Assembly (NCBI GenBank): GCA_035636675.1
Contig: DASPYR010000195.1
Span: 4,169-68,168 of the forward strand
Length of the DNA: 64,000 nucleotides
Direction of reading: 5' to 3'
Source: Rugosimonospora sp.
GTDB lineage: Bacteria > Acidobacteriota > Terriglobia > Acidiferrales > UBA7541
Shown: positions 36,042 through 46,154 of the stretch, in pieces
How positions within the stretch are numbered: position 1 is the first letter of the stretch
Layout of the letters: each line of letters begins with the position of its first letter
Program-made: the position numbers and the translations under genes
The notes under the pieces: generated by a model
Databases searched by the model: none
Told to the model about the DNA's origin: nothing
The model's input: only the letters and a program-made list of their open reading frames with translations

Positions 36042-36935
36042 ATGACAAAGAAGAGCCGACGCGTGCGCAAGGCCGTTCTTCCAGCCGCGGGACTGGGCAC
36101 CCGATTCCTGCCGGCCACCAAAGCACAACCCAAAGAGATGCTTCCCGTCGTCGATAAGCCCCTGATTCAATACGTGGTCGAGGAGTGTCTGGCTTCAGGC
36201 ATCGAGAATATCATTATCGTTACAGGGCGAGGCAAGAATGCCATTGAAGACCATTTCGATAATGCGCCCGAGTTGGAGAGATTCCTGGAGAACAAGGGAA
36301 AAACCGAGCAAGCCGAAATGGTCCGCTCCATCAGCAACATGGTTCATTTCAGTTATACACGGCAAAAAGAACCCCTAGGATTGGGTCACGCGGTGCTAAC
36401 CGCGCGAGAACTGGTCGGCGACGAGCCTTTCGCCGTTCTTCTCGGAGACGTAATCATTCCAGGACCCTGTCCTGCGACCCGCCAGATCGTGGAAGTTTAC
36501 GAAGAGACCGGTATCGGCACCATTGCCGTTGAACCAGTCCCACCCGAACGCACCCACCTCTATGGCGTGATTGATGCCCAGCCCGCGGAACCATCCCGAT
36601 GGGGCCAGCGGCTGCTTCGCGTACGCAATCTGGTGGAAAAACCGCGCCCAGGAAAGGCACCCTCCAATCTGGCGGTCACGGGCCGCTACTTACTCCCGCC
36701 GGAAGTCTTCGACTGTCTGGAGCGAACTTCTCCCGGGAGTGGAGGCGAAATTCAGCTCACGGACGCACTGCGATTACTGGCTCAAGAGCACGGACTCTAC
36801 GCATTGGAGTATGAGGGCAAATCCCACGATGCGGGCGATAAACTCGGCTTCTTGAAAGCTACCGTGGAGATCGCGCTGGAAAACAGCGAATTCGGCGAGG
36901 ACTTTCGCGCCTATCTACGCAGGCTCAAGCTCTAA
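36042..36935 (+). CDS. galU: UTP--glucose-1-phosphate uridylyltransferase
   Basis: AVLPAAGLGTRFLPATKAQPKEMLPVVDKP.IQY and VEKP blocks. Confidence 0.9.
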   Translation: MTKKSRRVRKAVLPAAGLGTRFLPATKAQPKEMLPVVDKPLIQYVVEECLASGIENIIIVTGRGKNAIEDHFDNAPELERFLENKGKTEQAEMVRSISNMVHFSYTRQKEPLGLGHAVLTARELVGDEPFAVLLGDVIIPGPCPATRQIVEVYEETGIGTIAVEPVPPERTHLYGVIDAQPAEPSRWGQRLLRVRNLVEKPRPGKAPSNLAVTGRYLLPPEVFDCLERTSPGSGGEIQLTDALRLLAQEHGLYALEYEGKSHDAGDKLGFLKATVEIALENSEFGEDFRAYLRRLKL

Positions 36936-36944
36936 AGCGGGAAA

Positions 36945-37274
36945 CTACTTCTCCCTACTGGCCTTCTTCTTTTCCTTGCCTTCGGACGGCGTTTTCGTTT
37001 CCGTTTTCGACTCGGCCTTGGGGTCAGCCTTGGTGTCGGCCTTCGTTTCCGACTTCTCAGCCGCGCTGCCGTCGCTCTTCTCGGCTCCCCGGGAGGCCCG
37101 GGCATAGTCGGTGACGTACCAACCGCTGCCCTTGAATTGAATGGCCGGGGGCGACATTAGACGCTCGACTGGCCCTCCGCAGCTCGGGCATTTCTTCAAG
37201 TGCGGCCCCTGAAGTTTCTCGATTTTTTCAAAGTGCTTGCCGCACTTTCCACACTCGTACTCGTATAAAGGCAC
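36945..37274 (-). CDS. FmdB-family zinc-ribbon protein with Lys/Glu/Thr-rich tail
   Basis: MPLYEYEC..CG..FE......(CPSCG) CxxC...CxxC zinc-ribbon signature, followed by a low-complexity tail ETKADTKADPKAESKTETK. Confidence 0.8.
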   Translation of the reverse strand: MPLYEYECGKCGKHFEKIEKLQGPHLKKCPSCGGPVERLMSPPAIQFKGSGWYVTDYARASRGAEKSDGSAAEKSETKADTKADPKAESKTETKTPSEGKEKKKASREK

Positions 37275-37418
37275 GTCTATTTCTCCGTCAAATCAACATC
37301 TTACCATGAGGCGGACCTCATACTTGGTCTGTGGCCGTCGGCGCGCCACCTCGAACACCTCCCACAGCGTCCGCCTGCGGGAAGCGGCCAAACGCGCCCA
37401 TGCTAGACTGACCAGCGC

Positions 37419-38300
37419 ATGCAGAGCCCCGCGCCCGAACGGCCGGACAATTTGGCTTACAGGAAGGGCCGTCTCTATCTTCTGGCGACTCCAATAGGCA
37501 ACCTCGAAGATATTACGGTCCGCGCCCTGCGCCTGTTAGGTGAGGCGGACCTGATCGCCTGCGAGGACACCCGGCACACCGCCAAACTCCTGAATCATTA
37601 TGGGATCCACAAACCGACTCTCAGCTACCACCAGCACAATGAAGCCTCGCGCGCTGACGAACTGCTGAAGCGCCTGGAGCAGGGCGCGCAAATTGCCTTG
37701 GTGAGTGACGCAGGTACGCCCGTTATTTCCGATCCCGGCCACCGCCTGGTTTCGCTATGCCTCCAAAGACAAATTCCCGTTATCCCGATTCCGGGCCCCT
37801 CGGCCGTGATCGCCGCGTTAGCGGCTTCAGGGCTTCCTGCGGAGGAGTTCTTGTTTGTGGGTTTCCTCCCCTCGCGGCCAACCGCGCGGCGCAAAGTACT
37901 CCAGAACCTCGCTAAGGAAACCCACACCCTCGCGCTCTATGAAGCGCCCCATCGGCTCGTGGATACCCTTTCTGACGCACTGGAATGCCTTGGCCGGCGC
38001 CAGGCGGTCATCGCCCGCGAGATCACAAAAGTGCACGAGGAGTTCCTGCGCGGTGATCTGGCAGAGCTACTCGTCCGCGTGCAACAGCGACCGGTTCGCG
38101 GCGAGATCACCATTCTCATCGGCCCGCCGCTGCCCGGCGGTGAAAAAAAACACCAATTGTGCTTAGCGCCTCTGCACGAGCGCGTGGAACAAATCATGCG
38201 TGAGCGGCAAATCGACCGCAAAGCGGCCCTGAAGCTTGCCGCCCGCGAGCGTGGCTTGACGAAACGCGAAGCTTACAAGCAATTAGTAAGAAATGCGTAA
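37419..38300 (+). CDS. rsmI: 16S rRNA (cytidine1402-2'-O)-methyltransferase RsmI
   Basis: LYLLATPIGNLEDIT.RA...L...DLIACEDTRHT, a tetrapyrrole-methylase-fold RsmI signature. Confidence 0.9.
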   Translation: MQSPAPERPDNLAYRKGRLYLLATPIGNLEDITVRALRLLGEADLIACEDTRHTAKLLNHYGIHKPTLSYHQHNEASRADELLKRLEQGAQIALVSDAGTPVISDPGHRLVSLCLQRQIPVIPIPGPSAVIAALAASGLPAEEFLFVGFLPSRPTARRKVLQNLAKETHTLALYEAPHRLVDTLSDALECLGRRQAVIAREITKVHEEFLRGDLAELLVRVQQRPVRGEITILIGPPLPGGEKKHQLCLAPLHERVEQIMRERQIDRKAALKLAARERGLTKREAYKQLVRNA

Positions 38301-38323
38301 TCTCCTGTTTTCAGAGAATTACG
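38296..38323. terminator. Imperfect AT-rich hairpin between convergent rsmI and dus
   Basis: CGTAATCTC-ctgttttca-GAGAATTACG, a 9-bp stem with one bulged A. It overlaps the rsmI stop codon. Confidence 0.3.
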
Positions 38324-38355
38324 ACTGGGCATGTGATCGAAAAGAATCGTGCGGC

Positions 38356-39345
38356 TTACGGTGTTCCCATCGTGGCAAGTTCAATGCCAAAGAAAGCGTC
38401 CACGCGCTCCAGGATCTCCCCCGCCGAACGCGCCGTGGTCACCTGCTGCCGGAGCTCGGCGCCGTTGCGAACGCCATGCGTAAACCAACAGGCGAACTGC
38501 TTCATTTTCCCAATCGCGTCCGGCCACCCCGCATCACGCAGATGGCGGAAATATCTCGAGAGCAAATCGTAGCGATCGCCATCCGAGGGCTCCGCATAGC
38601 GCCCCGTAGCAACAAACTGTTCGATCTGGCTGAAGATCCATGGATTCGTGCTGGCTCCACGCCCAATCATTACGGCGTCGCAGCTTGTCTCGCGCATCAT
38701 ACGCAAGGCATCTTCGGGCGTCCGAATATCACCATTGCCGATCACGGGTATGCCAACCGCTTGCTTGACGGCGCGAATCAGGTCCCAATCCGCAGATCCG
38801 CTATAGCCTTGCGCACGCGTTCTGGGGTGTACCGCAATAGCTTCCACGCCGACCGCTTCCGCCATGCGGGCGACTTCTACGGCCACGATGCTCTTCTCGT
38901 CCCAGCCGGCCCGCGTCTTGATCGTCAGCGGAATGCGCACGGCGCTGCGAACGGCGCGCAGCAGCTCCTCGAGCGCGCGAAGGTCGCGTAATAGCCCCGA
39001 ACCGCCGCACTTCACCACCTTCTTCGCCGGACACCCCAAATTGATGTCCACGACGTCGAACCCGAGGTCCTCCACCAGCGTCGCGGCGTCGGCCATCACC
39101 CGGGGATTCACGCCGAAAAGTTGCGCCGTGATGGGGTGCTCGTCAGGCTGGAAGTAAAGGTATCCGAGCGTTCGCGCCGCATTGCGCGTGACGCCTTCGG
39201 CGCTCGTGAATTCCGTCATAATCAGCCCGCAGCCGCCGAGACTTCGGATCATGCGCCGGAAGATCGTATCGGTGACGCCGGCCATCGGCGCGAGCACCGT
39301 GGCTGGCGCGATTTCAACGTCGCGGATCCGAAAGCTGTTCCACAT
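38356..39345 (-). CDS. dus: tRNA-dihydrouridine synthase
   Basis: [16 protein letters not shown] and a Lys-containing FMN TIM-barrel, plus a C-terminal helical domain. Confidence 0.9.
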   Translation of the reverse strand: MWNSFRIRDVEIAPATVLAPMAGVTDTIFRRMIRSLGGCGLIMTEFTSAEGVTRNAARTLGYLYFQPDEHPITAQLFGVNPRVMADAATLVEDLGFDVVDINLGCPAKKVVKCGGSGLLRDLRALEELLRAVRSAVRIPLTIKTRAGWDEKSIVAVEVARMAEAVGVEAIAVHPRTRAQGYSGSADWDLIRAVKQAVGIPVIGNGDIRTPEDALRMMRETSCDAVMIGRGASTNPWIFSQIEQFVATGRYAEPSDGDRYDLLSRYFRHLRDAGWPDAIGKMKQFACWFTHGVRNGAELRQQVTTARSAGEILERVDAFFGIELATMGTP

Positions 39346-39398
39346 CGTCAGTCCAAACTCCGGCGTTTTGCCATTGTTTTCGATTCCGCGCTCTGAGG

Positions 39399-39779
39399 TT
39401 ACTCGCGATCGCGCCGGCCGTTGGTTTGCGCCGCGCTGCTCAAGCTCGAAAGGTGTGATGCCAGGGCGTCGGTAGAACCCTGAAAAAATCCTTCCACGAG
39501 TCGTGCGACGGCACGGGTGCGGGCCTGGTCGGCTGAGAGATGGGGTTTATAGAGCCACGCACGGCCGGCCTTCTTCCGCTCCACCACGCCCTTCTGCGCT
39601 AAGCGATCGAGGATGGTCATAATCGTGGTGTACGCACGTGGACGGGTGGTCGCCAGCGCCGCATGAATATCCCGCACGGTGGCCTCGCCCAAACGCCACA
39701 AGGCATTCATGCAATCGAGCTCCAGCGGCGCAAGATCCAGTATGGAGCGGCGAATCGCTCGACCAGGGGAATTGGACAT
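39399..39779 (-). CDS. BlaI/MecI/CopY-family winged-helix transcriptional repressor
   Basis: 126 aa. The segment ..LE...M..LW..GE.TVRDI...L....[17 protein letters not shown] is typical of the penicillinase repressor family. Confidence 0.8.
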   Translation of the reverse strand: MSNSPGRAIRRSILDLAPLELDCMNALWRLGEATVRDIHAALATTRPRAYTTIMTILDRLAQKGVVERKKAGRAWLYKPHLSADQARTRAVARLVEGFFQGSTDALASHLSSLSSAAQTNGRRDRE

Positions 39780-39791
39780 TAGACCGTCTTT

Positions 39792-40832
39792 CTAAACAAT
39801 CTTCGTGTTGACTTCTGTTTCCGTGCCAGGCTTGTGATCATTCTCCGCCACGGCCGTAGCTGCCTTTTCCGCCGGGGCCACGCGAAATTGGTCCAGGCGA
39901 AGCAGTTTTCGATTGAGGGCCGCGCTAAAGGCGGTCCAACCGGCTTCGCCTCCGTCAGTGCCCAGAACAGCGCGCGCTGCGGACATTTTTGAATCCAGAT
40001 CGTCGAGGTAATGCAGCACCAACGCCTCGCGAAACATGGGCAGCTTAGGCGAGCCGAATTCATATTCGCCGTGGTGGCTGATCAGCAAATGCTTCACCAG
40101 AGTCTTGTAGTCGGCCGGGAAGCCCTCCAGGCCATTCATTCTCTCGGTCACCTGCTCGAGGCCCAGGATGATATGCCCCAGCAGCTGCCCGTCATTTGTG
40201 TAATGAATCGCGCGCTCATAGCAAAGCTCATCGAGTTTGCCGATGTCGTGCAGAATCGCTCCCGTTAGCAATAGATCGAGATCCAGCTCGCGATAGTGCT
40301 GCGCAGCCAGGCGGCACAGATCGCACAAACTGACGATATGCTCGAGCAGGCCGCCCAGGAAAGCATGGTGCATCATTTTCGCCGCCGGGGCGCGCTTCAA
40401 GCGCGGGGATATTGCGGGGTCCTCAATAACACCGGAGACAAGGCGGCTTAACCAGGGATTCTTGATCGTTGCAGCATGGTCGCGCAACCGGACATAAAGC
40501 TGCTCGATGTCCTCCGCGGTATGGGGAAAATAATCCGACAGATCCACTTCCGCGGGCTCCGCGCGGCGGAGTTTGTCCACCGCCAGCTGCAGCCGGTTCT
40601 TGTAATTTTCAACGCGCGCCTGAACCTTAATAATGTCATCGCGATCGAAGAGAGCCGCCAGGCCCTCCGCGTTATCCCAGAGACGCGCCTCAATCGTTCC
40701 GCTTCGATCGCCGAGCTCCAGGCGCAAAAAAGGCTTACCTTCGCGGGTCGAACGCAGCTCTTTTTCACAAACGAGAAAAAAGGACGTGATGGTAGCGTCC
40801 GGCGTCAGATCAGAAACGTAGGCGGCTTTCAT
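39792..40832 (-). CDS. OB-fold + HD-domain protein (YhaM-like 3'-5' exoribonuclease family)
   Basis: N-terminal OB fold (FFLVCEKELRSTREGKPFLRLELGDRSGTIEARLW), then an HD domain (LLEH....ILHDIGK). Its ATG abuts the stop of the SurA-like gene. Confidence 0.75.
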   Translation of the reverse strand: MKAAYVSDLTPDATITSFFLVCEKELRSTREGKPFLRLELGDRSGTIEARLWDNAEGLAALFDRDDIIKVQARVENYKNRLQLAVDKLRRAEPAEVDLSDYFPHTAEDIEQLYVRLRDHAATIKNPWLSRLVSGVIEDPAISPRLKRAPAAKMMHHAFLGGLLEHIVSLCDLCRLAAQHYRELDLDLLLTGAILHDIGKLDELCYERAIHYTNDGQLLGHIILGLEQVTERMNGLEGFPADYKTLVKHLLISHHGEYEFGSPKLPMFREALVLHYLDDLDSKMSAARAVLGTDGGEAGWTAFSAALNRKLLRLDQFRVAPAEKAATAVAENDHKPGTETEVNTKIV

Positions 40833-41948
40833 TCAGTCGGGTTTACTGCCTGGGACAGGCGTCGCCGGCGTCGGCGCCGACTTCTTCTTTTTCTTATCGT
40901 CGTTGTCAGGCGTTGGAGGAACCTCTTCGATTGTGCTGGAGGGCACGGCAGCCGTATCCGTATACCCGGGCTTCACCGCGACGTAGCTGTCTTCCCTCAG
41001 CGTTTCCAGATACGCGCGCAGCGTCGGCCGCAATCGTTCATTGTAGAGGCGGTCCTGGATTTCGTTGTCGATCTTCTCCTCCGGCTGCTGCCCGGCAGCA
41101 TAATGCTCTCCCACTTGCAGGATCAAAAATCCCGTCTTCGTGGGAATTACATCTGTCGTTTGAAGCCGCTGCAGCGCAAACACGGCCTGTTCGATGTTGG
41201 AGGCAAGCTGACCATGCTCGAACCTGCCCAAGTCTCCGCCCTGTTTGGCCGTGCTGCCGTCGGAGAAATGCTTGGCAAGTTCTCCAAAATCCTCGCCGTT
41301 CTTGAAGCGCTGCAGCAGGTCATCCGCCTTCTTTCGCAGGGCTGGTATTTCCGATTCCTGTTTCCCCTCGGTGCTCACGAAGATCTCCCGCAGCGTAACC
41401 TGCTCGGGACGCACGAACTCGGCCTTATGTTCGTCGTAATACTTTTGCACCTGCGCATGATCCAGAATAATTTTCGACCCCACTTCGTGCCGGATCACTT
41501 CCTGCTGGAGCATCTGGTTTCGGATGTTGTTCTTGAAGTCCTCGAAAGAGACGCCGCTTTTGTCGATCTGCGTCTCCAGCTCCTCCATCGAGGCGATATT
41601 GTTCTGGATGCGAATCTCATCCAGACGCTTGATCACGTCGGTCTCGACGTTTACGCCCATATCTTTGCCGCGCTGAACAAGTAACGAGTTGTCTATAAGG
41701 TCGCGCAGAACGTTCTTATCTTCCGTCGCAACCCTTTGATTAATCTCTTCCGGCAAGCACTTGGGACAATCTTGCTGCGCCTCCTGTTGCATCTCGCTTC
41801 GCGCGCGCTCCAGGTCGCTGCGGGTGATCGCGTCGTTATTTACGCGCGCAATCACCTCTTCCACAACCACGCTCTTTTTCTGTGCCAGGCACGAGAGCGC
41901 CGGGGCCATCAGCATTATCCCCGCGCAGATACACACTTTCTTCCGCAT
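40833..41948 (-). CDS. SurA-like periplasmic chaperone / parvulin-type peptidyl-prolyl isomerase
   Basis: Signal peptide, SurA_N-like region (VIARVNNDAITRSDLE), one parvulin domain (..FGELAKHFSDGSTAKQGGDLG.F) and a Lys-rich tail. Confidence 0.75.
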   Translation of the reverse strand: MRKKVCICAGIMLMAPALSCLAQKKSVVVEEVIARVNNDAITRSDLERARSEMQQEAQQDCPKCLPEEINQRVATEDKNVLRDLIDNSLLVQRGKDMGVNVETDVIKRLDEIRIQNNIASMEELETQIDKSGVSFEDFKNNIRNQMLQQEVIRHEVGSKIILDHAQVQKYYDEHKAEFVRPEQVTLREIFVSTEGKQESEIPALRKKADDLLQRFKNGEDFGELAKHFSDGSTAKQGGDLGRFEHGQLASNIEQAVFALQRLQTTDVIPTKTGFLILQVGEHYAAGQQPEEKIDNEIQDRLYNERLRPTLRAYLETLREDSYVAVKPGYTDTAAVPSSTIEEVPPTPDNDDKKKKKSAPTPATPVPGSKPD

Positions 41949-41972
41949 CTTTCTCCTTTGCTCCTCCGCATT

Positions 41973-44900
41973 CTAGCTCCCCGTTTCCAGTGGAAGCAAT
42001 ACGTTTCGGATGGCCTCTGCAATGCTCTTGTTACTGCGTTCCAGAGTGATGGTCAAGACGCCGCTCGGGTCGAGCTTCGTGCCCTTTTCCTTTCTCACCA
42101 AACGCACCAGCCTTTCCGGACGGACCGAAGTGGTCGGATAGAATTTGATGGCAGCCTCATTTGCCCGGCGATCCACAGACGAGATTTGCAGCCGCTCGCA
42201 AAGCGATTTCAAGACGGCATAATCCAGCAGGTTGTCTATCGCAGGCGGCGGCGGGCCAAAGCGGTCTGCGAGTTCGCGCCGGAGAGTCTCTCTCTCGTCC
42301 TCGTTGCGTATCTCCGCGATCCTCTTGTAGGTACGCAAACGCAAGCTTTCGCTGGGCAGGTACTCGGGCGGAATACGAATATCCATGCCGAGATTCAATG
42401 TAGTGCGAAGCTCGGGCTGTTCCGCTTCTCCTTTCTTGGCGGCCACGGCGCGCTCCAGCATCTGAGTGTAGAGATCGAACCCGATGGCGGCAACGTGGCC
42501 GTGTTGCTCGCGGCCCAGCAGATTTCCGGCGCCGCGCAGTTCCAAATCCAGTGCGGCGATGCGAAAGCCAGCGCCGAGCTCGCTGAATTCGCGCAGCGCC
42601 GCCAGTCTGCGCTTTGCCACCGGAGTCAGAGAGGCCTCCGGAGGAACCAGCAAATATGCGTAGGCGCGCTGGTTTGACCGTCCTACTCGGCCGCGAAGCT
42701 GGTAAAGCTCCGAAAGACCAAAACGGTCGGCGCGATTCACGATGATGGTGTTGGCGCGCGGTATGTCCAAGCCGTTTTCGACAATCGTGGTGGACACCAG
42801 CACATCCGCCTCGTCGCGAATGAACTGGAGCATCACCTTCTCCAGTTCTCGTTCGCCCATCTGCCCGTGGCCGACCACGACCCTCGCTTTAGGCGCCAGC
42901 TTCTGAATCAAGGCCGCCATCGAGTAAATCGACTCCACGCGATTGTGCACAAAAAAGACCTGCCCCTTCCGGTCCAATTCCTCGACGATGGCCCGCCGGA
43001 TAACCGATTCGGAGAAGGGCGCGACCACCGTTTGAATCGCCAGCCGGTCCTTTGGTGGTGTTTCGATCATGGACATATCGCGCAGCCCCACCAGCGACAT
43101 ATTCAACGTCCGCGGAATGGGCGTCGCCGTCATGGTCAGCACGTCCACGTTGCGGCTCATTTCTTTCAGCCGTTCCTTGTGGGTCACGCCAAACCGTTGC
43201 TCCTCGTCGACGATAAGCAATCCCAGATCGTGAAAAACGACGTCTCGCGAGAGCAGCCGGTGCGTGCCGATCAGGATATCCACCTTGCCTTCTTCCAGCG
43301 CGGCCAATATATCCTTTTGCTCCCGCGTGCTGCGGAACCGGCTCAGCATCTCGACGCGAATCGGAAACGCCGCCATGCGGCGCCGAAATGTCTCGTAGTG
43401 CTGAAAAACCAAAACCGTCGTGGGCGCCAGCACCGCTACCTGCTTGGAATTGGCCACAGCCTTGAAGGCGGCGCGCATCGCCACCTCAGTTTTTCCATAT
43501 CCCACGTCGCCGCAAAGAAGGCGATCCATCGGCGTGGGTGCTTCCATATCGCGCTTTATGTCGGCAATCGCCGTCGCCTGGTCGGGCGTCTCTGAAAATT
43601 CAAACGCATCCTCGAATTCGTGCTGCCAGGGCGCGTCCGGAGCGAATCCATACCCCGTTGCCGTCTTTCGCTCCGCGTACAATTCCAGCAATTTGTCGGC
43701 AAGATCGGTAAGGGACTTGCGCACGCGGGTTTTGCGCGCGGTCCAAGCAGTGCCACCCAGGCGATCCAGTTGCGGCTTGGTGCCCTCCAGGGAGCGATAA
43801 TTCTGAACCAGATCCATTCGTTCCAGCGGAACATACAGCCGCACGTCATCGGCATACTGCAAGCGCATGAATTCACCGCGGCGGCCATCGCTCTCGATCG
43901 TCTGCAGCCCCTCGAATTGCCCGATTCCGTGGTCCACGTGCACCACGTAATCGCCGGGTTTGAGCTCGCTGAAATCACTGAAGAAACCTGCAGTCTTTGG
44001 GCGCTGCCGTGGCCGTTCGTGCGCCGGTGCGGTCTCGAAGAGATCGCCGGTGCCGTAGAAAGCCAGCTTCGCCTCCGGGATTACAAACCCCTCCGGCAGC
44101 GGGGCGCGAAGCAAAACAGCAGCCGGAGCGCTTCCCGAGGTGACTTCCTCGACGAGTCGCGCGCCGGTCGCGCTCTGTTCGAGTTCTCCCAGGCGATAAG
44201 GGACCTCATATTCACGGCAAAGGTCGGCGAGCCGCTCGAGTTCGCCGGAACTCGCGGCGGCGATCAAGACTTCGTCGCCGGCGCTCAGCCGTCCTCGAAT
44301 CTCGCCTAAGAATGCCTGGATTTGTCCGTGATACCGCGCGGTTGGCTGAACCTTGAGTGTGCGGGGGTCTCTGCCGTCCCGGCGCAGTGCCAATTCCTCC
44401 AGGCTAAAGCGCTGCTGGCGATCGAGCGCTTTCTTCCACTGGTCTTCTGGCAAAACGAAAGGAACCGCAGCATCTCCGGCGAGTGAAGCAGAATCGGCCA
44501 GCAGCCGGTCCCGGGACTTCGCCGCCCGTTGGGCGATTTCCTCCGGTTCATCCAGCACGAGCAGAGCACCCTCGCGAAGATCGAACAAAGTTGCCGCTCT
44601 CTCCGCCACGGTTTCCTCTGTGGCGGTCTGGAACTTAGGAAAATCGAGATCTTCATCATCACGCCGGCTTGCCGTTAACGGAAACTCGGTCAGCGGCGGC
44701 AAGATCACGCGATTGACCGGTCCGGTGGAACGCTGCGTCTCGGGATCAAATTCGCGCAGCGATTCCACCACGTCGCCTAGGAGCTCAATACGCACAGGTT
44801 TTGCCGCTTCCGCCGGAAAAACATCCAGTATTCCGCCGCGCACGCTGAAGTGGCCCTCCATTTCCACCAGTTCCGTTCGGATGTATCCGGTCTTCGCGAG

Positions 44901-45401
44901 ATGCGCGATTACTTCCTTCAGTGAAATCTCCGCATCTCGCGTGAGCGAGAGCGACAACGATTCATAGAATTGCGGAGCGGCGAAACTCAGCAGTGTGGCG
45001 TCAATCGGCGCCACAACGATCGAGCATTGGCCGCTGACCAAACGAGCGAGCGTAGATGCGCGCACCTCGAGAATTTCAGGGTGTGGTCCCGCGCCCACTC
45101 CCGGCAGCGTATCGAGTGCGGGGAGCAGCAAAACAGGCGCCGCGGAATTGCCGTTGAGCGTGCGATAGAAGAATTGCAAAGCCTCCAGGAGGGACGCGGC
45201 TCGGCGCTCGTCCTCCACCAACACCAGGGCCGGCCTGCGCAGCTCTGTCGCCGCCAGCGCGGTGACGAGTGCTTTGGCAGGGCTCGTCAATCCGGCCATT
45301 TTTTCGGCAGGCGAACCTTGCCGAAGCGCTTCGAGAGCGTCATCTATAGCAGGGAGACCTGCCAAATGGCCGAGAAGCTCGGTGACTGCCGAAAAAAGCA
45401 T
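41973..45401 (-). CDS. mfd: Transcription-repair coupling factor Mfd
   Basis: 1142 aa. CarD/TRCF RNAP-interaction domain (KPGDYVVHVDHGIGQF), helicase motifs (GDVGYGKTEVA, DEEQRFGV) and a TRCF C-terminal domain. Confidence 0.95.
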   Translation of the reverse strand: MLFSAVTELLGHLAGLPAIDDALEALRQGSPAEKMAGLTSPAKALVTALAATELRRPALVLVEDERRAASLLEALQFFYRTLNGNSAAPVLLLPALDTLPGVGAGPHPEILEVRASTLARLVSGQCSIVVAPIDATLLSFAAPQFYESLSLSLTRDAEISLKEVIAHLAKTGYIRTELVEMEGHFSVRGGILDVFPAEAAKPVRIELLGDVVESLREFDPETQRSTGPVNRVILPPLTEFPLTASRRDDEDLDFPKFQTATEETVAERAATLFDLREGALLVLDEPEEIAQRAAKSRDRLLADSASLAGDAAVPFVLPEDQWKKALDRQQRFSLEELALRRDGRDPRTLKVQPTARYHGQIQAFLGEIRGRLSAGDEVLIAAASSGELERLADLCREYEVPYRLGELEQSATGARLVEEVTSGSAPAAVLLRAPLPEGFVIPEAKLAFYGTGDLFETAPAHERPRQRPKTAGFFSDFSELKPGDYVVHVDHGIGQFEGLQTIESDGRRGEFMRLQYADDVRLYVPLERMDLVQNYRSLEGTKPQLDRLGGTAWTARKTRVRKSLTDLADKLLELYAERKTATGYGFAPDAPWQHEFEDAFEFSETPDQATAIADIKRDMEAPTPMDRLLCGDVGYGKTEVAMRAAFKAVANSKQVAVLAPTTVLVFQHYETFRRRMAAFPIRVEMLSRFRSTREQKDILAALEEGKVDILIGTHRLLSRDVVFHDLGLLIVDEEQRFGVTHKERLKEMSRNVDVLTMTATPIPRTLNMSLVGLRDMSMIETPPKDRLAIQTVVAPFSESVIRRAIVEELDRKGQVFFVHNRVESIYSMAALIQKLAPKARVVVGHGQMGERELEKVMLQFIRDEADVLVSTTIVENGLDIPRANTIIVNRADRFGLSELYQLRGRVGRSNQRAYAYLLVPPEASLTPVAKRRLAALREFSELGAGFRIAALDLELRGAGNLLGREQHGHVAAIGFDLYTQMLERAVAAKKGEAEQPELRTTLNLGMDIRIPPEYLPSESLRLRTYKRIAEIRNEDERETLRRELADRFGPPPPAIDNLLDYAVLKSLCERLQISSVDRRANEAAIKFYPTTSVRPERLVRLVRKEKGTKLDPSGVLTITLERSNKSIAEAIRNVLLPLETGS

Positions 45402-45922
45402 TAGTCCGTCGCCGGGTGCGAAGGGTCCTGTGGGAGCTTACGAATTTTCTGCAGAATGCCGCTTGTGGAATACCCTGGCTCCAGAGGTACGGAAACCACG
45501 CGTCCGCCCGCCCCTTCTACCTCCTCGCGGCCGACAATTTCCGTTGAGCCCCAATCGGCGCCCTTGACCAGCACGTCTGGAAGCAACTGCCTGATGAGCG
45601 CGCCTGGGGTAGGCTCGCTAAATAGAACGACGAAATCGACGGCTTCCAGAGCCGCCAGTAATTCTGCCCGCTCATCCTCGGCTACGACCGGTCGCGAGTC
45701 GCCCTTCGCCGTCCGCACGCTCGCGTCACGATTCAATCCCACGACCAGAACGTCGCCCAGCGAGCGAGCCTCCTCCAGCGTGCGCAGGTGCCCGGGATGC
45801 ACCAGGTCGAAGCAGCCGTTTGTAAACACAACTCGACGCGAGCCGCGATTGGCGCGGCTGAGAAGCGCGATCAATTCCTCTTGCGAAATAATGCGTCCCA
45901 TCTGTTTCGATACATGCGACAT
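45401..45922 (-). CDS. Cytidylyltransferase-fold D-beta-D-heptose-1-phosphate adenylyltransferase-like (RfaE domain II)
   Basis: VVFTNGCFDLVHPGHL..L..A..LGD.LVVGLN.D.S. I chose the ATG at 45922 (MSHVSKQM..). The longer ORF, which extends to 46294, overlaps the divergent neighbour. Confidence 0.8.
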   Translation of the reverse strand: MSHVSKQMGRIISQEELIALLSRANRGSRRVVFTNGCFDLVHPGHLRTLEEARSLGDVLVVGLNRDASVRTAKGDSRPVVAEDERAELLAALEAVDFVVLFSEPTPGALIRQLLPDVLVKGADWGSTEIVGREEVEGAGGRVVSVPLEPGYSTSGILQKIRKLPQDPSHPATD

Positions 45923-46154
45923 CACCGGTGGATACCAAATATTAACATGCGACGCCTGTTGCTTGCCGGGCGGCAGCTCGCCGCTGCCTCCCTCTTCGGT
46001 GATATACTCGCCCCGATTGTTATTAAGACGATTGCTTATAAGACGGATTGCTTGCCAGACCAATCGCTCCGGGCTGATCGCGGCGGAGTAACGCCTGTCG
46101 ATGTCCCCAGCCGTCCATCCCGACTCCAGCCCTGGATCGCAAAGAGCTGAATCT

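Noticed and set aside
40476-41684. 402-aa plus-strand ORF
   Set aside because: It is antisense to the OB+HD and SurA-like genes. It is low-complexity and Arg/Leu-rich, including an RRRRRRR run, so it is a shadow ORF.
41736-45404. Series of long plus-strand ORFs (41736-42677, 42867-43595, 43620-44309, 44353-44967, 44970-45404)
   Set aside because: All are antisense to the 1142-aa mfd gene, which carries unambiguous helicase and TRCF motifs. They are GC-rich shadow frames.
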